Source: Auanema rhodensis
Taxonomy: Eukaryota; Animalia; Nematoda
DNA: 64,000 nt
Assembly: GCA_964057225.1 (NCBI GenBank)
Contig: OZ059895.1
Location: forward strand, 23,976,025-24,040,024
Direction of reading: 5' to 3'
In this document: in pieces, positions 13,901 through 24,800 of the stretch
How the letters are laid out: every line of letters begins with the position of its first letter
Position numbering within the stretch: position 1 is the first letter of the stretch
The notes under the pieces: model-generated
What the model was told of the DNA's origin: nothing
Databases searched by the model: none
What the model saw: only the letters and a program-made list of their open reading frames with translations
Made by a program: the position numbers and the translations under genes

Positions 13901-16722
13901 TAACCATGACTTTGAAATTTACGTGAACTTTAATTTATGCTAATTAAATGTACACGTGATGTGCACTTGGTATGTAACTCGCTTCACGTGAAAGATAAAG
14001 AGATGCGGTTTTCAAAATTAGATTCCCCATGTCCATATTAGTCTAAAAACAAATTTTTATTGATATTGGTGCATGGTAACCATGACTTTGAATTTTACGT
14101 GAACTTTAATTTATGCTAATTAAATGTACACGTGATGTGCACTTGGTATGTAACTCGCTTCACGTGAAAGATAAAGAGATGCGGTTTTCAAAATTAGATT
14201 CCCCATGTCCATATTAGTCTAAAAACAAATTTTTATTGATATTGCTTCATGGTAACCATGACTTTGAAATTTACGTGAACTTTAATTTATGCTAATTAAA
14301 TGTACACGTGATGTGCACTTGGTATGTAACTCGCTTCACGTGAAAGATAAAGAAATGCGGTTTTCAAAATTAGATTCCCCATGTCCATATTAGTCTAAAA
14401 ACAAATTTTTATTGATATTGGTTCATGGTAACCATGACTTTGAAATTTACGTGAACTTTAATTTATGCTAATTAAATGTACACGTGATGTGCACTTGGTA
14501 TGTAACTCGCTTCACGTAAAAGATAAAGAGATGCGGTTTTCAAAATTAGATTCCCCATGTCCATATTAGTCTAAAAACAAATTTTTATTGATATTGGTGC
14601 ATGGTAACCATGACTTTGAATTTTACGTGAACTTTAATTTATGCTAATTAAATGTACACGTGATGTGCACTTGGTATGTAACTCGCTTCACGTGAAAGAT
14701 AAAGAGATGCGGTTTTCAAAATTAGATTCCCCATGTCCATATTAGTCTAAAAACAAATTTTTATTGATATTGGTGCATGGTAACTATGACTTTGAAATTT
14801 ACGTGAACTTTAATTTATGCTAATTAAATGTACACGTGATGTGCACTTGGTATGTAACTTGCTTCACGTGAAAGATAAAGAGATGCGGTTTTCAAAATTA
14901 GATTCCCCATGTCCATATTAGTCTAAAAACAAATTTTTATTGATATTGGTTCATGGTAACCATGACTTTGAAATTTACGTGAACTTTAATTTATGCTAAT
15001 TAAATGTACACGTGATGTGCACTTGGTACGTAACTCGCTTCACGTGAAAGATGAAGAGATGCGGTTTTCAAAATTAGATTCCCCATGTCCATATTAGTCT
15101 AAAAACAAATTTTTATTGATATTGGTGCATGGTAACCATGACTTTGAAATTTACGTGAACTTTAATTTATGCTAATTAAATGTACACGTGATGTGCACTT
15201 GGTATGTAACTCGCTTCACGTGAAAGATAAAGAGATGCGGTTTTCAAAATTAGATTCCCCATGTCCATATTAGTCTAAAAACAAACTTTTATTGATATTG
15301 GTTCATGGTAACCATGACTTTGAAATTTACGTGAACTTTAATTTATGCTAATTAAATGTACACGTGATGTGCACTTGGTATGTAACTCGCTTCACGTGAA
15401 AGATGAAGAGATGCGGTTTTCACAATTAGATTCCCCATGTCCATATTAGTCTAAAAACAAATTTTTATTGATATTGGTTCATGGTAACCATGACTTTGAA
15501 ATTTACGTGAACTTTAATTTATGCTAATTAAATGTACACGTGATGTGCACTTGGTATGTAACTCGCTTCACGTAAAAGATAAAGAGATGCGGTTTTCAAA
15601 ATCAGATTCCCCATGTCCATATTAGTCTAAAAACAAATTTTTATTGATATTGGTGCATGGTAACCATGACTTTGAATTTTACGTGAACTTTAATTTATGC
15701 TAATTAAATGTACACGTGATGTGCACTTGGTATGTAACTCGCTTCACGTGAAAGATGAAGAGATGCGGTTTTCACAATTAGATTCCCCATGTCCATATTA
15801 GTCTAAAAACAAATTTTTATTGATATTGGTTCATGGTAACCATGACTTTGAAATTTACGTGAACTTTAATTTATGCTAATTAAATGTACACGTGATGTGC
15901 ACTTGGTATGTAACTCGCTTCACGTGAAAGATGAAGAGATGCGGTTTTCACAATTAGATTCCCCATGTCCATATTAGTCTAAAAACAAATTTTTATTGAT
16001 ATTGGTGCATGGTAACCATGACTTTGAATTTTACGTGAACTTTAATTTATGCTAATTAAATGTACACGTGATGTGCACTTGGTATGTAACTCGCTTCACG
16101 TAAAAGATAAAGAGATGCGGTTTTCAAAATTAGATTCCCCATGTCCATATTAGTCTTACGTGAACTTTAATTTATGCTAATTAAATGTACACGTGATGTG
16201 CACTTGGTATGTAACTCGCTTCACGTGAAAGATAAAGAGATGCGGTTTTCAAAATTAGATTCCCCATGTCCATATTAGTCTAAAAACAAATTTTTATTGA
16301 TATTGGTGCATGGTAACCATGACTTTGAATTTTACGTGAACTTTAATTTATGCTAATTAAATGTACACGTGATGTGCACTTGGTATGTAACTCGCTTCAC
16401 GTGAAAGATAAAGAGATGCGGTTTTCAAAATTAGATTCCCCATGTCCATATTAGTCTAAAAACAAATTTTTATTGATATTGCTTCATGGTAACCATGACT
16501 TTGAAATTTACGTGAACTTTAATTTATGCTAATTAAATGTACACGTGATGTGCACTTGGTATGTAACTCGCTTCACGTGAAAGATAAAGAGATGCGGTTT
16601 TCAAAATTAGATTCCCCATGTCCATATTAGTCTAAAAACAAATTTTTATTGATATTGGTGCATGGTAACCATGACTTTGAATTTTACGTGAACTTTAATT
16701 TATGCTAATTAAATGTACACGT
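1..16722. repeat. 176-bp satellite tandem array, segment 1 (continues beyond window start)
   Basis: CTTTAATTTATGC recurs at 1, 177, 353 and onward (period 176). Copies differ only at a few recurring SNP sites, and four 125-bp deletion monomers are present. The array breaks at monomer position 30 (...GTACACGT|TTGAACGG). Confidence 0.99.
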
Positions 16723-16728
16723 TTGAAC

Positions 16729-16815
16729 GGGTTTATTGTTCGAATCACAGGTTAAGAGCGGAAATAGTGTTAATAAATAGAGAAAATTAAAGATATACAG
16801 AAGAACCTTACAATA
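16729..16815 (-). other. Conserved 3'-terminal motif pair of element A, including an AATAAA signal
   Basis: The minus strand reads TATTGTAAGG..CTTCT ... TAACCTGTGAT..GAACAATAAACC, matching element B at 51201-51279. Confidence 0.7.
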
Positions 16816-16947
16816 CAAACATACATAATAATAATTGGCTTGATATATGTAAAGAAACGAGTCGTGTATATTTCCTTTTATTATGATAGCGTACAGCACT
16901 ACTGGTGTGTTAAAGTTTCGAAGTTCTAGTTAGGTAGAGGAGAGAAA

Positions 16948-17094
16948 ATTTGTTCAGTGTAGATCACTGACCTCTGTATTATTCTGACAGGTGCGGTGGA
17001 ACCCTTGACATGAGTCGAGCCCGTTCTGACAGTAAGAGGTAACTAACGCTTGATCCATATGACTAATGTCTATAGGATTCGGAGCGTAGTAACA
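16948..17094 (-). ncRNA. Putative cis-acting structured RNA (four-way junction) in the element A 3' UTR
   Basis: Homologous to 50896-51049. Helices: UGUU/AACA, ACU/AGU + ACGCU/AGCGU, GAC-AUUA-GUC, ACCUC/GAGGU, CUGUCAG/CUGUCAG (one U-U), CGG/CCG, GACUC/GGGUU, CAGUG/CACUG. Compensatory changes are seen relative to element B. Confidence 0.75.
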
Positions 17095-17212
17095 GGTCTC
17101 GGAGGTTAACTAGGAAACTGTCTAACTATAACATACAGTGAGGCTAGGAGGCTAGTAATAGGGAAAAAAAAATATACATGAGAGGATTTCAAGTTACATT
17201 AATCAGAGCAGG

Positions 17213-18844
17213 TTAAAAATCATTTAAAATAACAGATAGGTGTTTTCTGAAGCTGGAGGTTTTTCTCAGTTGAATGATGTTTTCAGGAAGAGCGTTCCAG
17301 ATTTGAATAGCTCTGTATTCAATTCCAGTTCTTGTTTCGCTTCTCCAAAGATCAGGATATTCAACATTCCATAGGTGCCTACGAAGTGAATGTGCGTAGT
17401 GCTTGATAGTAAAAAAATTAAGGCTGTTTTCTGGAATGTTTTTAGTTATCTGATTGTGATAGAAGACGAGATCAATTAATAGTCTTCTAAAAGAAAGTTC
17501 CTTAGCTCCAAGAAACAATAGCTGGTTTTTGTAATCCAAAGCTATTTCGGCTCTCTTGAAAATAGCGTTTAAGAACTTTTTTTGCACGGACTCAATGCGT
17601 GCTTTATCCTTGTTATTTTGAGGAGACCATACAACTGAGGCATATTCTAAAATAGGCCTGATATAGCAGCAAAACAGTTTAAACATCAAGGTTGGTGATC
17701 TAGAGTAAAAACAACGCAAGATAACACGACATTTGTGAGCAGCGATGTTAGAGATTCTATTTATATGGCTATTGAAAGAAAGATTATAGTCAGTACATAC
17801 ACCAAGATCTTTGTATGTTGTTACTGTGGCTAACGAGATGTTGCCAAATTTGAAAATTGTGTTTAATCTTGATGTAGTAGTGCTAGATATAATCATAACT
17901 TTAGATTTAGTAGTATTTACCTTCATACCGTTTAATAGACACCAGTTTTTCAGATTATCCAAGGCCAATTGTAAACTTACAGGATTAGTGCTGCTTAGTT
18001 TGAGATCATCCGCATAGAGAGTTGGATGCACGTCATCTGGTAAGTTTGATGTGATGTCATTTATGTAAAATAAGAAAAGAAGTGGACCCAGAACTGTCCC
18101 TTGTGGAACTCCACAGGGCAAACGATTTTTAGCGGATAGAGAATAATTAACCAATACCGAGAAGGATCTATCAGTAATGAAATTTTTGAGAAAGGAGTGA
18201 ATACAGCCGTCGATACCAATTGATTTTAGTTTAGTTAAAAGAACAGAATGATTTATAAGATCGAAAGCCTTGGAGAAGTCAATGAAGGCAACATAAACAG
18301 GTCTTTTCTTGTCCACTGAAGATCTCCAGAGTACATGACTACTAAGAATTGCCGATACAGTATTGCGTTTTGGAAGAAAAGCAAACTGATTAGGTGAAAT
18401 ACAGCCAGAGGAAATACCAAAATCAAGAAGAGGTGAACGGAGATGACGTTCAAAAACTTTAGACAGACTGGATGTGAGAGAAATAGGACGATAATTAACC
18501 GGGTTTGAAGAAAGCCCTGATTTGAGAACAGGACGAATCCATGCTGTTTTCCAGTCAGCAGGGCAAGAGGAGGAAATAAGAAGATTGTGAAAGACAAAGG
18601 CTAGAGGCTGAGAAATAGTAGAAGCACAATTTTTTAGGAAAAAATAAGGGATTCCGTCAGGAGAGGTTGATACCCGGAGAGGTAACTGACAGAGAATTTT
18701 GTAGACGTTGAGAGGGGACACATCAATAAAATCGATGATACCAGAAGAAGGGAAAAGAGGAGCATGTGCTGAAGAGATAGGAAGAGGGTGAACAGAGAAG
18801 GTACTGGCAAAGATAGAAGCTTTGTCAGAATCAGACGAGACCAT
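17213..18844 (-). CDS. LINE ORF2 fragment: complete reverse transcriptase domain plus C-terminal region, lacking the endonuclease (543 aa, uninterrupted)
   Basis: Non-LTR RT motifs in order: YRPISLTS, QFAF, FIDFSKAFD, GVPQGTVLGPLLF, YADD, YKDLGV, then RPILEYASVVWSP and IESVQ, typical of the CR1-like group. The ATG at 18842-18844 lies at the satellite junction and is probably not the native start. Confidence 0.93.
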   Translation of the reverse strand: MVSSDSDKASIFASTFSVHPLPISSAHAPLFPSSGIIDFIDVSPLNVYKILCQLPLRVSTSPDGIPYFFLKNCASTISQPLAFVFHNLLISSSCPADWKTAWIRPVLKSGLSSNPVNYRPISLTSSLSKVFERHLRSPLLDFGISSGCISPNQFAFLPKRNTVSAILSSHVLWRSSVDKKRPVYVAFIDFSKAFDLINHSVLLTKLKSIGIDGCIHSFLKNFITDRSFSVLVNYSLSAKNRLPCGVPQGTVLGPLLFLFYINDITSNLPDDVHPTLYADDLKLSSTNPVSLQLALDNLKNWCLLNGMKVNTTKSKVMIISSTTTSRLNTIFKFGNISLATVTTYKDLGVCTDYNLSFNSHINRISNIAAHKCRVILRCFYSRSPTLMFKLFCCYIRPILEYASVVWSPQNNKDKARIESVQKKFLNAIFKRAEIALDYKNQLLFLGAKELSFRRLLIDLVFYHNQITKNIPENSLNFFTIKHYAHSLRRHLWNVEYPDLWRSETRTGIEYRAIQIWNALPENIIQLRKTSSFRKHLSVILNDF

Positions 18845-21800
18845 GACTTTGAAATTTACGTGAACTTTAATTTATGCTAATTAAATGTACACGTGATGTG
18901 CACTTGGTATGTAACTTGCTTCACGTGAAAGATAAAGAGATGCGGTTTTCAAAATTAGATTCCCCATGTCCATATTAGTCTAAAAACAAATTTTTATTGA
19001 TATTGGTTCATGGTAACCATGACTTTGAAATTTACGTGAACTTTAATTTATGCTAATTAAATGTACACGTGATGTGCACTTGGTACGTAACTCGCTTCAC
19101 GTGAAAGATGAAGAGATGCGGTTTTCAAAATTAGATTCCCCATGTCCATATTAGTCTAAAAACAAATTTTTATTGATATTGGTGCATGGTAACCATGACT
19201 TTGAAATTTACGTGAACTTTAATTTATGCTAATTAAATGTACACGTGATGTGCACTTGGTATGTAACTCGCTTCACGTGAAAGATAAAGAGATGCGGTTT
19301 TCAAAATTAGATTCCCCATGTCCATATTAGTCTAAAAACAAACTTTTATTGATATTGGTTCATGGTAACCATGACTTTGAAATTTACGTGAACTTTAATT
19401 TATGCTAATTAAATGTACACGTGATGTGCACTTGGTATGTAACTCGCTTCACGTGAAAGATAAAGAGATGCGGTTTTCAAAATCAGATTCCCCATGTCCA
19501 TATTAGTCTAAAAACAAATTTTTATTGATATTGGTGCATGGTAACCATGACTTTGAATTTTACGTGAACTTTAATTTATGCTAATTAAATGTACACGTGA
19601 TGTGCACTTGGTATGTAACTCGCTTCACGTGAAAGATGAAGAGATGCGGTTTTCACAATTAGATTCCCCATGTCCATATTAGTCTAAAAACAAATTTTTA
19701 TTGATATTGGTTCATGGTAACCATGACTTTGAAATTTACGTGAACTTTAATTTATGCTAATTAAATGTACACGTGATGTGCACTTGGTATGTAACTCGCT
19801 TCACGTGAAAGATGAAGAGATGCGGTTTTCACAATTAGATTCCCCATGTCCATATTAGTCTAAAAACAAATTTTTATTGATATTGGTGCATGGTAACCAT
19901 GACTTTGAATTTTACGTGAACTTTAATTTATGCTAATTAAATGTACACGTGATGTGCACTTGGTATGTAACTCGCTTCACGTAAAAGATAAAGAGATGCG
20001 GTTTTCAAAATTAGATTCCCCATGTCCATATTAGTCTTACGTGAACTTTAATTTATGCTAATTAAATGTACACGTGATGTGCACTTGGTATGTAACTCGC
20101 TTCACGTGAAAGATAAAGAGATGCGGTTTTCAAAATTAGATTCCCCATGTCCATATTAGTCTAAAAACAAATTTTTATTGATATTGGTGCATGGTAACCA
20201 TGACTTTGAATTTTACGTGAACTTTAATTTATGCTAATTAAATGTACACGTGATGTGCACTTGGTATGTAACTCGCTTCACGTGAAAGATAAAGAGATGC
20301 GGTTTTCAAAATTAGATTCCCCATGTCCATATTAGTCTAAAAACAAATTTTTATTGATATTGCTTCATGGTAACCATGACTTTGAAATTTACGTGAACTT
20401 TAATTTATGCTAATTAAATGTACACGTGATGTGCACTTGGTATGTAACTCGCTTCACGTGAAAGATAAAGAGATGCGGTTTTCAAAATTAGATTCCCCAT
20501 GTCCATATTAGTCTAAAAACAAATTTTTATTGATATTGGTGCATGGTAACCATGACTTTGAATTTTACGTGAACTTTAATTTATGCTAATTAAATGTACA
20601 CGTGATGTGCACTTGGTATGTAACTCGCTTCACGTGAAAGATAAAGAGATGCGGTTTTCAAAATTAGATTCCCCATGTCCATATTAGTCTAAAAACAAAT
20701 TTTTATTGATATTGCTTCATGGTAACCATGACTTTGAAATTTACGTGAACTTTAATTTATGCTAATTAAATGTACACGTGATGTGCACTTGGTATGTAAC
20801 TCGCTTCACGTGAAAGATAAAGAAATGCGGTTTTCAAAATTAGATTCCCCATGTCCATATTAGTCTAAAAACAAATTTTTATTGATATTGGTTCATGGTA
20901 ACCATGACTTTGAAATTTACGTGAACTTTAATTTATGCTAATTAAATGTACACGTGATGTGCACTTGGTATGTAACTCGCTTCACGTAAAAGATAAAGAG
21001 ATGCGGTTTTCAAAATTAGATTCCCCATGTCCATATTAGTCTAAAAACAAATTTTTATTGATATTGGTGCATGGTAACCATGACTTTGAATTTTACGTGA
21101 ACTTTAATTTATGCTAATTAAATGTACACGTGATGTGCACTTGGTATGTAACTCGCTTCACGTGAAAGATAAAGAGATGCGGTTTTCAAAATTAGATTCC
21201 CCATGTCCATATTAGTCTAAAAACAAATTTTTATTGATATTGGTGCATGGTAACTATGACTTTGAAATTTACGTGAACTTTAATTTATGCTAATTAAATG
21301 TACACGTGATGTGCACTTGGTATGTAACTTGCTTCACGTGAAAGATAAAGAGATGCGGTTTTCAAAATTAGATTCCCCATGTCCATATTAGTCTAAAAAC
21401 AAATTTTTATTGATATTGGTTCATGGTAACCATGACTTTGAAATTTACGTGAACTTTAATTTATGCTAATTAAATGTACACGTGATGTGCACTTGGTACG
21501 TAACTCGCTTCACGTGAAAGATGAAGAGATGCGGTTTTCAAAATTAGATTCCCCATGTCCATATTAGTCTAAAAACAAATTTTTATTGATATTGGTGCAT
21601 GGTAACCATGACTTTGAAATTTACGTGAACTTTAATTTATGCTAATTAAATGTACACGTGATGTGCACTTGGTATGTAACTCGCTTCACGTGAAAGATAA
21701 AGAGATGCGGTTTTCAAAATTAGATTCCCCATGTCCATATTAGTCTAAAAACAAACTTTTATTGATATTGGTTCATGGTAACCATGACTTTGAAATTTAC

Positions 21801-24800
21801 GTGAACTTTAATTTATGCTAATTAAATGTACACGTGATGTGCACTTGGTATGTAACTCGCTTCACGTGAAAGATGAAGAGATGCGGTTTTCACAATTAGA
21901 TTCCCCATGTCCATATTAGTCTAAAAACAAATTTTTATTGATATTGGTTCATGGTAACCATGACTTTGAAATTTACGTGAACTTTAATTTATGCTAATTA
22001 AATGTACACGTGATGTGCACTTGGTATGTAACTCGCTTCACGTAAAAGATAAAGAGATGCGGTTTTCAAAATCAGATTCCCCATGTCCATATTAGTCTAA
22101 AAACAAATTTTTATTGATATTGGTGCATGGTAACCATGACTTTGAATTTTACGTGAACTTTAATTTATGCTAATTAAATGTACACGTGATGTGCACTTGG
22201 TATGTAACTCGCTTCACGTGAAAGATGAAGAGATGCGGTTTTCACAATTAGATTCCCCATGTCCATATTAGTCTAAAAACAAATTTTTATTGATATTGGT
22301 TCATGGTAACCATGACTTTGAAATTTACGTGAACTTTAATTTATGCTAATTAAATGTACACGTGATGTGCACTTGGTATGTAACTCGCTTCACGTGAAAG
22401 ATGAAGAGATGCGGTTTTCACAATTAGATTCCCCATGTCCATATTAGTCTAAAAACAAATTTTTATTGATATTGGTGCATGGTAACCATGACTTTGAATT
22501 TTACGTGAACTTTAATTTATGCTAATTAAATGTACACGTGATGTGCACTTGGTATGTAACTCGCTTCACGTAAAAGATAAAGAGATGCGGTTTTCAAAAT
22601 TAGATTCCCCATGTCCATATTAGTCTTACGTGAACTTTAATTTATGCTAATTAAATGTACACGTGATGTGCACTTGGTATGTAACTCGCTTCACGTGAAA
22701 GATAAAGAGATGCGGTTTTCAAAATTAGATTCCCCATGTCCATATTAGTCTAAAAACAAATTTTTATTGATATTGGTGCATGGTAACCATGACTTTGAAT
22801 TTTACGTGAACTTTAATTTATGCTAATTAAATGTACACGTGATGTGCACTTGGTATGTAACTCGCTTCACGTGAAAGATAAAGAGATGCGGTTTTCAAAA
22901 TTAGATTCCCCATGTCCATATTAGTCTAAAAACAAATTTTTATTGATATTGCTTCATGGTAACCATGACTTTGAAATTTACGTGAACTTTAATTTATGCT
23001 AATTAAATGTACACGTGATGTGCACTTGGTATGTAACTCGCTTCACGTGAAAGATAAAGAGATGCGGTTTTCAAAATTAGATTCCCCATGTCCATATTAG
23101 TCTAAAAACAAATTTTTATTGATATTGGTGCATGGTAACCATGACTTTGAATTTTACGTGAACTTTAATTTATGCTAATTAAATGTACACGTGATGTGCA
23201 CTTGGTATGTAACTCGCTTCACGTGAAAGATAAAGAGATGCGGTTTTCAAAATTAGATTCCCCATGTCCATATTAGTCTAAAAACAAATTTTTATTGATA
23301 TTGCTTCATGGTAACCATGACTTTGAAATTTACGTGAACTTTAATTTATGCTAATTAAATGTACACGTGATGTGCACTTGGTATGTAACTCGCTTCACGT
23401 GAAAGATAAAGAAATGCGGTTTTCAAAATTAGATTCCCCATGTCCATATTAGTCTAAAAACAAATTTTTATTGATATTGGTTCATGGTAACCATGACTTT
23501 GAAATTTACGTGAACTTTAATTTATGCTAATTAAATGTACACGTGATGTGCACTTGGTATGTAACTCGCTTCACGTAAAAGATAAAGAGATGCGGTTTTC
23601 AAAATTAGATTCCCCATGTCCATATTAGTCTAAAAACAAATTTTTATTGATATTGGTGCATGGTAACCATGACTTTGAATTTTACGTGAACTTTAATTTA
23701 TGCTAATTAAATGTACACGTGATGTGCACTTGGTATGTAACTCGCTTCACGTGAAAGATAAAGAGATGCGGTTTTCAAAATTAGATTCCCCATGTCCATA
23801 TTAGTCTAAAAACAAATTTTTATTGATATTGGTGCATGGTAACTATGACTTTGAAATTTACGTGAACTTTAATTTATGCTAATTAAATGTACACGTGATG
23901 TGCACTTGGTATGTAACTTGCTTCACGTGAAAGATAAAGAGATGCGGTTTTCAAAATTAGATTCCCCATGTCCATATTAGTCTAAAAACAAATTTTTATT
24001 GATATTGGTTCATGGTAACCATGACTTTGAAATTTACGTGAACTTTAATTTATGCTAATTAAATGTACACGTGATGTGCACTTGGTACGTAACTCGCTTC
24101 ACGTGAAAGATGAAGAGATGCGGTTTTCAAAATTAGATTCCCCATGTCCATATTAGTCTAAAAACAAATTTTTATTGATATTGGTGCATGGTAACCATGA
24201 CTTTGAAATTTACGTGAACTTTAATTTATGCTAATTAAATGTACACGTGATGTGCACTTGGTATGTAACTCGCTTCACGTGAAAGATAAAGAGATGCGGT
24301 TTTCAAAATTAGATTCCCCATGTCCATATTAGTCTAAAAACAAACTTTTATTGATATTGGTTCATGGTAACCATGACTTTGAAATTTACGTGAACTTTAA
24401 TTTATGCTAATTAAATGTACACGTGATGTGCACTTGGTATGTAACTCGCTTCACGTGAAAGATAAAGAGATGCGGTTTTCAAAATCAGATTCCCCATGTC
24501 CATATTAGTCTAAAAACAAATTTTTATTGATATTGGTGCATGGTAACCATGACTTTGAATTTTACGTGAACTTTAATTTATGCTAATTAAATGTACACGT
24601 GATGTGCACTTGGTATGTAACTCGCTTCACGTGAAAGATGAAGAGATGCGGTTTTCACAATTAGATTCCCCATGTCCATATTAGTCTAAAAACAAATTTT
24701 TATTGATATTGGTTCATGGTAACCATGACTTTGAAATTTACGTGAACTTTAATTTATGCTAATTAAATGTACACGTGATGTGCACTTGGTATGTAACTCG

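Larger units (their letters stand above)
16723..18839 (-). mobile_element. 5'-truncated non-LTR retrotransposon (LINE, CR1/L2/Jockey-like group), element A
   Basis: 2.1-kb non-satellite insert containing an RT ORF, a ~490-nt 3' UTR and AATAAA ~10 nt from its 3' end. No LTRs, no ORF1 and no APE endonuclease domain. Junctions are uncertain by up to 3 bp because of microhomology. Confidence 0.95.

Noticed and set aside
16705-18597. Small ORFs 16705-16899, 17811-18017 and 18253-18597
   Set aside because: They lie in the UTR, antisense strand or an alternative frame of the LINE, have no recognisable motifs and are not evidently conserved in element B.
16668-18894. 55-bp target-site duplication around element A
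   Set aside because: The apparent duplication follows from satellite periodicity. The copies differ at a diagnostic SNP, and HOR context indicates a deletion.
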